Under the pieces are notes generated by a model. That model worked only from the letters and a program-made list of their open reading frames with translations, did no database searches and was not told the DNA's origin. From the NCBI GenBank assembly GCA_964446585.1, contig CAYUPI010000004.1:124177-188176 (forward strand): DNA of 64,000 bases, given 5' to 3'. Shown here piece after piece: positions 44,999 to 54,349 of this stretch. Origin of the DNA: an uncultured Verrucomicrobiota bacterium (GTDB lineage: Bacteria > Verrucomicrobiota > Verrucomicrobiia > Limisphaerales > UBA8199). Made by a program: the position numbers and the translations under genes. Within the stretch, counting starts at the first letter, position 1; every line of letters starts with the position of its first letter.

Positions 44999-46600
44999 AT
45001 GAAGAATTTTGACTTTCTGGTTTTGGGCAGCGGTATAGCCGGTCTCACGTTTGCATTGAAAGTCGCGTCGCGCGGGCGCGTCGCGATCATCACCAAGAAG
45101 GATCGGGCCGAGTCGAACACGAACTATGCGCAGGGGGGCATCGCCGCAGTCACGAGCCAGGAGGATTCTTTCGAGCTCCACGTCCGCGACACGCTCCAGG
45201 CCGGGGCCGGATTGTGCCAGGAATCCGTCGTTCGGACTATCGTCCAGGAGGGACCGGCCCGGATCGCCGAGTTGATCGAGCTGGGCATGCACTTTTCAGA
45301 GCGGGAAGTTCCGCGCTCACACGGTGCGCGCGAGCTGGATTTGGGAAAAGAGGGTGGTCATTCGAAGCGCAGGATTCTGCATGCGCAGGATGTGACCGGA
45401 CGCGAAGTGGAGCGGGCGTTGCTGGCGGCAGTGGCCGAGCGGCCGAACATTCACACCTTCGAGAACCATTTCGCGATTGATCTGGTGACGAGTCAGAAAC
45501 TCGGCGCGGGCGGCGACAACCGCTGCCTGGGCGTCTATGTGTTGGATAAGGCCCCAGGCCAGGTCGAAACGTTCGCGGCTCCGGTGACGCTGCTGGCCAC
45601 GGGCGGCTGCGGCAAAGTGTACCTCTACACAACTAATCCGGACATTGCCACGGGCGATGGCGTGGCGATGGCCTATCGCGCCGGGGCGACGGTGTCCAAC
45701 ATGGAGTTCATCCAGTTCCATCCCACGTGCCTCTATCACCCGAAAGCGAAATCGTTCCTGATCAGCGAAGCAGTGCGCGGGGAAGGCGGCGTGCTCAAGA
45801 CCATCAATGGCGTCGAATTCATGGACCAGTACCACCCGCTCAAATCACTCGCGCCACGCGACGTTGTCGCTCGCGCCATCGACAGCGAGATGAAACAGAG
45901 CGGCGCCGACTACGTCCTGCTCGACATCACCCACAAGCCCGCCCAATTTATCATCGAGCGCTTCCCGAACATCTATCAGACCTGCCTCCGGTACGGAATC
46001 GACATCACGAAAGAACCGATTCCCGTCGTGCCTGCGGCGCACTATCAGTGCGGCGGCGTGCGCACCAACATCGATGGCGAGACGGACATTAGCGGGCTCT
46101 ACGCGGTAGGCGAAGTGGCCTGTACTGGACTGCACGGGGCCAATCGTTTGGCCAGCAACTCGCTGCTGGAAGCGCTCGTCTGCGCTCACCGGGCGGCCCA
46201 ACGAGTCGTCTCCGGCACACTGCGGAGCTATGAATTATCAATTCCCCTTTGGCACTCCGGCCGGGCGGACAACCCGGATGAAATGGTGGTTGTGTCCCAC
46301 AACTGGGAAGAAATTCGTCGCGCGATGTGGGACTATGTCGGAATTGTTCGCACCGATAAGCGCCTGCAGCGGGCACACAAACGGATCGCGAACCTGCAAG
46401 AAGAGATCCAGCAGTATTACTGGGATTTCATCGTGACGACCGACCTGCTCGAACTGCGCAACATTGCGACCGTGGCGGAGTTGATCGTGACCAGTGCTTT
46501 GTTGCGGCCGGAGAGTCGTGGATTGAATTACAATCTGGATTATCCCGAGCCGAATCCTGTGTGGGCACAGAAGGACACGATGCTTCGGAAAGAGACATAG
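44999..46600 (+). CDS. nadB: L-aspartate oxidase
   Basis: [78 protein letters not shown]. Confidence 0.95.
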   Translation: MKNFDFLVLGSGIAGLTFALKVASRGRVAIITKKDRAESNTNYAQGGIAAVTSQEDSFELHVRDTLQAGAGLCQESVVRTIVQEGPARIAELIELGMHFSEREVPRSHGARELDLGKEGGHSKRRILHAQDVTGREVERALLAAVAERPNIHTFENHFAIDLVTSQKLGAGGDNRCLGVYVLDKAPGQVETFAAPVTLLATGGCGKVYLYTTNPDIATGDGVAMAYRAGATVSNMEFIQFHPTCLYHPKAKSFLISEAVRGEGGVLKTINGVEFMDQYHPLKSLAPRDVVARAIDSEMKQSGADYVLLDITHKPAQFIIERFPNIYQTCLRYGIDITKEPIPVVPAAHYQCGGVRTNIDGETDISGLYAVGEVACTGLHGANRLASNSLLEALVCAHRAAQRVVSGTLRSYELSIPLWHSGRADNPDEMVVVSHNWEEIRRAMWDYVGIVRTDKRLQRAHKRIANLQEEIQQYYWDFIVTTDLLELRNIATVAELIVTSALLRPESRGLNYNLDYPEPNPVWAQKDTMLRKET

Positions 46601-46640
46601 AGCGCGCACTAAAAGCCGGAGGAACGCCGGAGTCCCGGCT

Positions 46641-47183
46641 TCAGAAACGGAAGCTCATCTTCAGATAAAGCCATTCTGATTCCAGGACGCCCGCGCCGTT
46701 GGTTCGCGAACGTCCGAAGATGTCGTCCGGGAAGATTCGGCCGAAGCCCGTTCCCAAAGCGGCCCAGACCTGGTAAGAATTTCGGGAAGGCATTCTCTTA
46801 AAGAGTAGCATGACTGTGCTGTCGCGCTTCAATTCCATCTGCGCCGCATCTCTCCGCGAAAACCTGTCGGGCCGGAACTCGTCCGTGTAACCGAAGAGCT
46901 GCGGAACCTGGGAATCGGCGCTTTCAGGCGCGACGTTATGCAAGGCTTCGGCAGGTCGGGCGTAGTAGGTGAATCGACTCGACGAGAGGAGCTGGCCAGC
47001 ATCCAACTCATTCGGAATCTGTTCTTCGGCTGGAATACTCGAGCAACAGAGGCAGACCACAACACCGATAACAGTTAGAGGAAAGAAGCGTCGTCGAATT
47101 TGGTCCTGACGCCCCGCGCCCGCGGCTGCCGGACTTGGCAATGCCGCACGGTGCTTAGTCTTGCACTCGAACTGGAAACTCAT
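46641..47183 (-). CDS. Hypothetical protein, possibly exported
   Basis: Fills the gap between nadB and the aquaporin gene; hydrophobic stretch VIGVVVCLCC; ends YLKMSFRF. Start uncertain. Confidence 0.4.
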   Translation of the reverse strand: MSFQFECKTKHRAALPSPAAAGAGRQDQIRRRFFPLTVIGVVVCLCCSSIPAEEQIPNELDAGQLLSSSRFTYYARPAEALHNVAPESADSQVPQLFGYTDEFRPDRFSRRDAAQMELKRDSTVMLLFKRMPSRNSYQVWAALGTGFGRIFPDDIFGRSRTNGAGVLESEWLYLKMSFRF

Positions 47184-47419
47184 GCTCCACTGGCAGCACC
47201 TCGGATGCCAAGGCCTCCTGTCGTCTGGAGCTCCCAAGGGATTGTGGCAGGCGACGTAAAGCACGCTTCGACCGATTTTGGATTCTGGATTTGTAGAACT
47301 GAGCCGTCCGGCAGCGTCTGGCACGAATACTCGGGAAATTGAAATCTTGTACGCATTTGGGACAGTATTTCGGCGGCGCTTGACATCCTGCCGTTTCCCT
47401 ACACAGTGCAGCCATTGCC

Positions 47420-48046
47420 ATGAAAAAATATATCACGGAGTTCATTGGTACCTTTTTTCTCGTGCTCACCATCGGTTGTTCGGTGCTGCTAGGTGGACCA
47501 CACGTCGTGCCGCCTTTGGCTATCGGCTCCGTCCTGATGGTAATGGTTTACGCGGGTGGCCACATTTCCGGCGCTCACTACAATCCCGCTGTTACGCTCG
47601 GCGTGTTTCTGCGCGGCCGATGCCCCGTCAAGGATGTTGTTCCCTATTGGCTGGCGCAGTTGCTCGCGGCATTGCTGGCTGCCGTTGCCTTGAGTTACCT
47701 GAAGGGCGAGGCGCAGGCGAACCCGATAGCACTGAAAGTAGGTCCGGCGCTGCTCGCCGAATTTCTGTTCACCTTCGCGCTGGTTTACGTCGTGCTCAAC
47801 TGTGCCACCGCCAAGGCCAACGCGGGCAACTCCTTTTATGGGCTGGCGATCGGTTTTACCGTAATGACAGGGGCGTTCACCGTCGGCACCGTATCCGGCG
47901 CGGCCTTCAACCCGGCAGTGGCCGTGGGCATTACCCTTATGGGGTTTTCCGCCTGGTCAAACATTTGGGTGTATTTCCTGGCTAACTTAAGCGCCGGGGT
48001 CGCTGGCGCCGCGATGTTTAATCTCCTTAACCCGGAAGATGCGTAG
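47420..48046 (+). CDS. aqpZ: Aquaporin (MIP family)
   Basis: EFIGTFFL, two NPA motifs (SGAHYNPAVT, SGAAFNPAVA), AEFLFTF. Confidence 0.9.
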   Translation: MKKYITEFIGTFFLVLTIGCSVLLGGPHVVPPLAIGSVLMVMVYAGGHISGAHYNPAVTLGVFLRGRCPVKDVVPYWLAQLLAALLAAVALSYLKGEAQANPIALKVGPALLAEFLFTFALVYVVLNCATAKANAGNSFYGLAIGFTVMTGAFTVGTVSGAAFNPAVAVGITLMGFSAWSNIWVYFLANLSAGVAGAAMFNLLNPEDA

Positions 48047-48130
48047 CGTGCCTGAAGGGATTGAGGCGAGAAGACGCCGCAATGCTCGGACGAAGGCCGC
48101 TCGTTTCACGGTTGAAACGCGCGCGCCAGT

Positions 48131-48445
48131 TTAATGTGCGTCGGCCTTGCGGGGGCTGCGGAAGGTATCTTCAATATAACGAGAGAGCATCTCCTCTTGC
48201 TCAGGCGTGAGCTTGGATTTCCGGCTCATTTTGAGCATCCATTTGTGCCATTCCGCATCAGAATATTTTGCGGGGTCGTAGAACTTGTGGCACTTGGCGC
48301 ACTTGGCGATGTAAAGCCGGCGCGCGACGCTTGCTTCGTCGGTAGGAGAATCAACCGCGACTGCCGGCCCCGCGCAGCCCGCCAGGGCCATGCCGCCTAG
48401 ATTCAGGCACACGAGCAAAAGGTACGCCCAGGTGGTCGGTTTCAT
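48131..48445 (-). CDS. Small c-type cytochrome lipoprotein
   Basis: Lipobox LAGC; heme motif CAKCH; W...MLKM providing a candidate distal Met. Confidence 0.75.
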   Translation of the reverse strand: MKPTTWAYLLLVCLNLGGMALAGCAGPAVAVDSPTDEASVARRLYIAKCAKCHKFYDPAKYSDAEWHKWMLKMSRKSKLTPEQEEMLSRYIEDTFRSPRKADAH

Positions 48446-48533
48446 CTTAAGAACTTCGCGCCAATCTTTATTGAGAATCAGTCTCAGTGTCAACTCTGAA
48501 CCGCGCCCTGGCTTTGGCGCGAGCGCGAGGTTC

Positions 48534-51500
48534 TCACGCTGCCTGCATTGCTTTGAGCGATCGGGAGCGCCACAGATAGTAGATGGCCGGATAGACCAGC
48601 AGTTCCATGGTGGTCGAAGTGACGACGCCGCCGATCATGGGTGTGGCGATGCGTTTCATCACGTCCGCGCCAGTGCCGTGACTCCAGAGGATCGGCATCA
48701 GTCCGGCGATGATGACTGAGGCGGTCATGGCTTTGGGGCGGACGCGCTTGACCGCGCCGTGATAGATGGCGTCGCGCAAGTCGGTCGCATGGCGCATGAG
48801 ACCCTTCTTCTGCCAGTCGGCGTATGCGAGGTCCAGGTAGAGGAGCATGACGACGCCGGTTTCGGCATCGAGCCCGGCGAGGGCAATGATGCCAACCCAG
48901 ACCGCCACGCTCAAATTGTAGTGGAGCAGGGCGAGCACGCCGAAAGCGCCCACGAGTGAAAATGGCACGGCCAGCATCACGATGGCAGTCTTGATGGCCG
49001 AGCGCGTGTTGAGGTAAATGATTAAGATAATGATGAGCAGCGTGAGCGGAATGACGATCATGAATCGTGCCTTGGCGCGGAGCATGTATTCATATTGGCC
49101 GCTCCAGAAGATGTTATAGCCGCCGGGTAGGTGGATGCGGCCGTTCGCGACGGCTTCGTCGACGGCGCGTATGGCCATCTGGACGTAGGTGCCGATATCG
49201 ATGCCTTTGACGTCCACATAAATCCAGGCATTAGGCACCGCGGCCTCGCTCTTGATTCCCATCGGAGCATGGACGATTTCGATGCGGGCTAACTGGCCCA
49301 GCGGGACCTGAGGACCCGAGGGCGTTGGCACAATGATTTCGCGCAACGCCTCCGGACTTTCGCGAAAATCGCGGCTGTAGCGAAGGTTTACGGCATATCG
49401 TTCGAGTCCTTCGACGGTCGTTGTGAGCGCCATGCCGCCCAGCGCCACCTCGAGTACGTCCTGGACCGCTCCGATCGTTAAGCCGTATCTGGCAATGGCA
49501 TCACGGTCGATTTGGAACTCGATGTAATTGCCGCCCATTGTGCGCTCAGCAAACGCGCTCAAAGTGCCCGGCACGGTCTTAACCACAGCTTCAATCTCGG
49601 ATGCCACCCGCTCCAACTCGGCGAGGTCGGGGCCGGCGACCTTGATGCCGACTGGAGTCTTGATGCCCGTCGCCAGCATGTCGATGCGCGTCTTAATCGG
49701 CATCGTCCAGGCATTGTTCAAACCCGGAATCTGAACAGCGCGATTCATCGCTTCCGTCAACTCATCGGGCGTGCGGCGGCGATGAGCGATGATGTTCCCA
49801 GAGTCATCGAGGATTTCCACTTTCGGCCATTCCTCTTCGGGCTTGAGCATGATGGTGGTTTCAATCATGTCGAAGGGCGCGGGGTCGGTTGCCGTTTCAG
49901 CGCGGCCGATCTTGCCGAAGACTTGATGGACTTCGGGGAAGCGGCGTAAGATTTTGTCGGTGGTCTGGAGGACCTCGCGTGCTTTGGTGGGTGAGATCCC
50001 CGGAAAAGTCGTGGGCATGTAGAGCAGGTCGCCTTCATAAAGAGGCGGCATGTATTCGGAGCCGATGTTTTGGTATGGGAAATATTTCCCAATCTTGAAG
50101 GCCAATTCCTTGGTTCTGCCATCGGGCAACAGTTTGGCGGCGAGCGCATTCCAGGGCAGGAAGGTCCAGATAATGAGGGCAGCAGCGGTGGCGATGACAG
50201 GCCAGCGCCACTTGATTACAAAATCGATTGCCGGATGGTAGAGCCAAATGAGGAAACGGTTGATCGGATTTTTCTCCTCGGCGGGAATCTTCCCGCGAAT
50301 GAAAAAGCCCATGAGCACGGGTGCGAGCGTGATCGATAGCAGCGCCGCCGCAGCCATGGAATAAGTTTTGGTGAAGGCCAGAGGCTTGAAGAGGCGGCCT
50401 TCCTGCGCCTGGAGTGCAAACACGGGAATGAAGGAAACGGTGATTACCAGCAGAGAGTAAAAGAGCGTGGGCCCGACCTCGATGGAGGCATCACGGATTA
50501 TATCCCAATGGGGCTTTTTGCCCTGGTCACGCTCCATGTGCTTATGAGCGTTTTCGATCATGATGATGACCGCGTCCACCATGGCGCCGATGGCGATCGC
50601 GATGCCGCCGAGCGACATGATGTTCGAGCTGATGCCCTGCTCGAACATGACGAGAAAAGACATGAGGACGGCGACGGGCAGGATGATGATGGCGACCAAC
50701 GCGCTGCGCAGATGCAGGAGGAAAGCGATGCAAACCAGCGCCACAACAAGGCTTTCCTCGATGAGTTTCTCTTCAAGAGTCCTGACTGCGCGTTGAATGA
50801 GCGCGCTGCGGTCGTAGGCAATCGTGTATTTCACATTCGCGGGGAGGCCCTTCATAGCGGTGTCGAGCTTTCGTTTGACGTCGAGGATAACCTGCCGGGC
50901 GTTTGCGCCGTAGCGAACGACGACAATGCCGCCGACGGTTTCACCCTCGCCGTTCAGTTCGGCGATCCCGCGCCGCATATCGGGACCGAGCTCGACATTG
51001 GCGATCTGGCCGAGGAGAATCGGAACTCCCTTGTCGCCGACGCCTACGGCGATCTTGCGGAGATCGTCAAGTTTTTGAACGTAGCCACGCACGCGGAGGA
51101 TGAATTCCTTTTCGGCCAGCTCGATCGAGCGCCCGCCGACTTCGCCATTGCTGCGTTTGACGGCCATAGCGACCTCGGAAACAGAAAGGTTGTAGGCGCG
51201 GAGCCGGGCGGGATCTACGGTGACCTGATACTGTTTCACGAAGCCGCCAATGGAAGCGACTTCGGAAACGCCTTCCACAGAAGCCAACTGGTAGCGGAGA
51301 TACCAATCCTGCATGGAACGGAGTTCCGCGAGGTCGCGGTTGGTGGAGTTGATGGAATACATGAAAGCCCAGCCGACGCCAGTGGCATCCGGGCCGAGGC
51401 TGGGGGAGACGCCCGAGGGCAGGCGACCGCTCAAGCCGCTGAGATATTCGAGCACGCGGCTGCGCGCCCAGTAGGGATCGGTGCCGTCGGCGAAGATGAC

Positions 51501-51782
51501 ATAGACGAACGAAAAGCCGTAGAAAGAGTAGCCACGAACTACCTTCGCGCCCGGCACGGAAAGCATTTTGGTGGTAATGGGATAGGTGACTTGATCCTGG
51601 ACGATTTGGGGTGCCTGCCCCGGCCATTCGGTGTAAATGATGACCTGGACATCCGATTGGTCAGGGATGGCGTCCAGGGGGATGTTCTTGAGCGCGTAAA
51701 CGCCGCCCAGCACCAGAACAATCGTCCCTAGCAGGACGATAAATTTGTTCCTGAGGGAGAAATCTATAATGCGCTGGAGCAT
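48534..51782 (-). CDS. cusA: Heavy-metal RND efflux permease, CusA/SilA type
   Basis: PLDAIPDQSDVQVI, LGPDATGVGW, NIMSLGGIAIAIGAMVD, MPPLYEGDLLYMPTTFPG, WTMPIKTRIDM, KRVRPKAMT. Confidence 0.93.
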   Translation of the reverse strand: MLQRIIDFSLRNKFIVLLGTIVLVLGGVYALKNIPLDAIPDQSDVQVIIYTEWPGQAPQIVQDQVTYPITTKMLSVPGAKVVRGYSFYGFSFVYVIFADGTDPYWARSRVLEYLSGLSGRLPSGVSPSLGPDATGVGWAFMYSINSTNRDLAELRSMQDWYLRYQLASVEGVSEVASIGGFVKQYQVTVDPARLRAYNLSVSEVAMAVKRSNGEVGGRSIELAEKEFILRVRGYVQKLDDLRKIAVGVGDKGVPILLGQIANVELGPDMRRGIAELNGEGETVGGIVVVRYGANARQVILDVKRKLDTAMKGLPANVKYTIAYDRSALIQRAVRTLEEKLIEESLVVALVCIAFLLHLRSALVAIIILPVAVLMSFLVMFEQGISSNIMSLGGIAIAIGAMVDAVIIMIENAHKHMERDQGKKPHWDIIRDASIEVGPTLFYSLLVITVSFIPVFALQAQEGRLFKPLAFTKTYSMAAAALLSITLAPVLMGFFIRGKIPAEEKNPINRFLIWLYHPAIDFVIKWRWPVIATAAALIIWTFLPWNALAAKLLPDGRTKELAFKIGKYFPYQNIGSEYMPPLYEGDLLYMPTTFPGISPTKAREVLQTTDKILRRFPEVHQVFGKIGRAETATDPAPFDMIETTIMLKPEEEWPKVEILDDSGNIIAHRRRTPDELTEAMNRAVQIPGLNNAWTMPIKTRIDMLATGIKTPVGIKVAGPDLAELERVASEIEAVVKTVPGTLSAFAERTMGGNYIEFQIDRDAIARYGLTIGAVQDVLEVALGGMALTTTVEGLERYAVNLRYSRDFRESPEALREIIVPTPSGPQVPLGQLARIEIVHAPMGIKSEAAVPNAWIYVDVKGIDIGTYVQMAIRAVDEAVANGRIHLPGGYNIFWSGQYEYMLRAKARFMIVIPLTLLIIILIIYLNTRSAIKTAIVMLAVPFSLVGAFGVLALLHYNLSVAVWVGIIALAGLDAETGVVMLLYLDLAYADWQKKGLMRHATDLRDAIYHGAVKRVRPKAMTASVIIAGLMPILWSHGTGADVMKRIATPMIGGVVTSTTMELLVYPAIYYLWRSRSLKAMQAA

Positions 51783-51788
51783 TTTTCG

Positions 51789-51860
51789 TGGAGCGTCAGG
51801 AGCGTGGAGCGTGGGGAGCGTCAGGCGGGAGCGTGTCTGCTAAGCTCGCACGCTCTGACG
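51789..51860. repeat. GAGCGT-type array and inverted arm at the 3' end of four-helix-bundle gene 2
   Basis: tggagcg-tcaggagcg-tggagcg-tggggagcg-tcaggcgggagcgtg, then inverted cacgctctgacgc at 51848-51860. Confidence 0.8.
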
Positions 51861-52275
51861 CAGCTACGATATACTCTACAGGGACCTCGCGCAGCTCACA
51901 GCCCGCGCCACACCATGAAGCGGCATCGTTCATCATGTTGGACAATTGCCCACAAATGTGGTCGTATTGATCGCTCAGTTTCGTCTGTGTGTCGGCAACC
52001 AGGTATCCGCAATTAAGGGCGAAGCTCAGATGGACCTCGGTTTCGGCGGCCTCAGTGTCACTATCGCTGAGTTTACTGACAAACGCCGCTTGATACCGGC
52101 GCTTACGCCAAGCTTCTGCGATGTTCGTGCAAACGGACCTGGAGGATCTCCGTATCTGATCAATCAATGAGAACTTTTCCTCCGACGGCCAAGTGCGGCT
52201 TAGTCGGAAAATCTCCATTGCTGAGTCATAGGCGAGTCTGTAAACCCGCAGTTCCTTATAGTCTTTGGCTCTCAT
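51796..52275 (-). CDS. Four-helix-bundle protein (TIGR02436 / 23S rRNA IVS protein-like)
   Basis: DYKELRVYRLAY, EEKFSLIDQIRRSSRSVCTNIAEAWRKRRY, SKLSDSDTEAAET, ALNCGY; tail LREVPVEY. Confidence 0.92.
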   Translation of the reverse strand: MRAKDYKELRVYRLAYDSAMEIFRLSRTWPSEEKFSLIDQIRRSSRSVCTNIAEAWRKRRYQAAFVSKLSDSDTEAAETEVHLSFALNCGYLVADTQTKLSDQYDHICGQLSNMMNDAASWCGAGCELREVPVEYIVAASERASLADTLPPDAPHAPRS

Positions 52276-52337
52276 ACGCTCGGCTTAGACGTTCGTTCTC
52301 ATTTTAGTGTGTTATTTACCCATCACTTCTCGCGCGC

Positions 52338-52380
52338 CTACGCACCACGCTCCCCACGCTCGCACGCTTCGACGCTCACT
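52338..52380. repeat. ACGCTC-type array upstream of four-helix-bundle gene 2
   Basis: 52347-52361 (acgctccccacgctc) is the exact reverse complement of 51807-51821 (gagcgtggggagcgt). Confidence 0.85.
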
Positions 52381-52386
52381 CCGCCC

Positions 52387-54321
52387 CTACCGTCCCCGCG
52401 AATGCTGCCTCCGCCAATTCGCCTCGGCCGTTTCGCCGTGGTTTACCTTGGTCGTCTCCACAAGGTCCATCTCACACTTTGGACAATTGCCCGGTTGGTC
52501 CGACACCACGTCGGCATGCTCGGCCATCGGACAGGTATAAAGTCTAGAAGGCATTGTCATCGCAGAGCCGCCGGCCTGTTTCGAGGCGGAGCTTGGGCGG
52601 ACCATGACGGGAATCAGGGTCATTCCGCAGCGCGGACACTTGCCCGGCTTGTCCCGATGGACGTCGATGTGTTCGTGCATCGGGCAGGTGTAGTACTCCA
52701 ACTTCCCGCCCGGTTGGATGCGCGCGAGGATTTCGCGGCCAACCGGCACGAGAGTCATGCCGCACAGGGGACATTTGCCCGCGTGATTGTATTCCAGCGA
52801 GACGTGTTCAGGCATCGGGCAGATATAGACGACTGGCTCGGCATCGGAGGCTGGGGGATTAGTGCCTGCGCCCGCCGCGACGGTCGGCATAACCGGCGCG
52901 GTCGGTTGAAGTACTTCTCCCGGCGCGCCGGGGCGCTGCATTTTTTGGATTGCTTCCCGTAACTGGCTCTCGGAATCGAGCATGAACTGGCCGGAAGTAA
53001 CCACCTTTTCCCCTTCCTTGAGTCCGACTAATACCTGGTAAAAGCCATGTTCTGCGGCAGCGCCAAGGCTTACGGTGCGAGGCTCGAAGCGCCCTCCCGC
53101 CAGAGCGACGAAGACCGTGTTCTTTTCCCCACTGCGAAGCACGGCCGAATCCGGTACCAGAACCTCGGAGGTGGCCAGTTCGCACGTCATCTCGACTGTC
53201 GCGTACATGCCGGGCTTAAGGAAATAACCGGGGTTGTGGAATTCCATCCGCACCCGGGCAGTTCGGGTCTTCTCATCTACTGTTGGGTAAATATAGGTCA
53301 CGCGCCCGCGGAACTTCGTGTCGGGCTGCGACGCCAGGCTCACGACCGCCTCCTGGCCAAGCCGGATGAAGGGCAAATCCTGCTCATAGACCTGCGCCTG
53401 GATCCAGACCGTGGCGAGATCAGCCAGCCGGTAAAGTTTCATGCCCGGCTCGACCATCTGGCCTTCAACGACCATTTTCTCGACAACTATGCCGTCGCGC
53501 GGCGCATTCATCCGGAGAGTCTTTTTCGGAGTCCGGCTGCGTTCCAACCCGGCGATCTGGTCCTCCGAAATGTCCCAGTATCGCAACTTGGTCATGGAGG
53601 CCGTTTTGCGTAAATCCGCAGCGATCCCGTCCTGGTTCGTCGAGGAGCCGAGCGTCAGGAGATATTCGGTTTGCGCGAGGTAGAGCTCGGGCGAATAGAT
53701 CTCGAACAACGGTTCACCGCGGTGCATTTGCTGGCCGGTGGCGTCCACATAAAGCTTTTCGATCCAGCCGCGGAACTTGGTGCTGACTTCCGACAGCGCG
53801 GTTTCGTCGTAATCAAGCACGCCAACGGTGCGGATGGTCCTCCGCAAGGGCCCCCGTTCGATCAAGGCGGTGCGGATACCCATGTTCTGAGTGGTGACGG
53901 GATCGATGGTAATGGTTTGTGAAGAGCTTCTGCTCGCCTCATCTTCATAGACCGGCACCATTTCCATTCCCATGGAATCCTTGCCCGGCGTCTGTCGAGC
54001 TTCACCGGGCATCATCGTGGACTTGTAAAATTTGATTTTGCGTTCGCCGGCGGGAGCCGCCGCCGCCGCCAGGGTATTCTGGCCCTGTTTTCGGATGGGG
54101 GTGAGCTTCATGCCGCAGATGGGGCAGTTGCCGGGTTTGTCCTGGATGACCTGAAGATGCATTCCGCAGGTGAAGAGGGTTTGGGTTGTCTCGCGCGCGC
54201 CTGAGGCCGCAACGTTGTCGCCGCGGCCACAGCCGGACAGCCATACCGCGGCGCTGCCTGCGATGCCGAGAGTAAGGAGAATTATCGCGTTGAGTTTCAC
54301 GGGCTTGAATTGAAAATTCAT
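52387..54321 (-). CDS. cusB: RND periplasmic adaptor, CusB-like, with multiple heavy-metal-binding domains
   Basis: GWIEKLYVD, LYRLADLATVW, VTYIYPTV...TRT, LKPGMY, VVTSGQFMLDSES; four C(P/G)M...CP.C(G/E)M modules plus YKSTM...KDSMGMEM. Confidence 0.9.
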   Translation of the reverse strand: MNFQFKPVKLNAIILLTLGIAGSAAVWLSGCGRGDNVAASGARETTQTLFTCGMHLQVIQDKPGNCPICGMKLTPIRKQGQNTLAAAAAPAGERKIKFYKSTMMPGEARQTPGKDSMGMEMVPVYEDEASRSSSQTITIDPVTTQNMGIRTALIERGPLRRTIRTVGVLDYDETALSEVSTKFRGWIEKLYVDATGQQMHRGEPLFEIYSPELYLAQTEYLLTLGSSTNQDGIAADLRKTASMTKLRYWDISEDQIAGLERSRTPKKTLRMNAPRDGIVVEKMVVEGQMVEPGMKLYRLADLATVWIQAQVYEQDLPFIRLGQEAVVSLASQPDTKFRGRVTYIYPTVDEKTRTARVRMEFHNPGYFLKPGMYATVEMTCELATSEVLVPDSAVLRSGEKNTVFVALAGGRFEPRTVSLGAAAEHGFYQVLVGLKEGEKVVTSGQFMLDSESQLREAIQKMQRPGAPGEVLQPTAPVMPTVAAGAGTNPPASDAEPVVYICPMPEHVSLEYNHAGKCPLCGMTLVPVGREILARIQPGGKLEYYTCPMHEHIDVHRDKPGKCPRCGMTLIPVMVRPSSASKQAGGSAMTMPSRLYTCPMAEHADVVSDQPGNCPKCEMDLVETTKVNHGETAEANWRRQHSRGR

Positions 54322-54349
54322 AAAGAGTCGGGTCCAGTGCAGGTGCGGG

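Noticed and set aside
51796-52275. Diversity-generating retroelement (Avd-like gene)
   Set aside because: No reverse transcriptase and no template/variable repeat pair with adenine-specific mismatches in the window.
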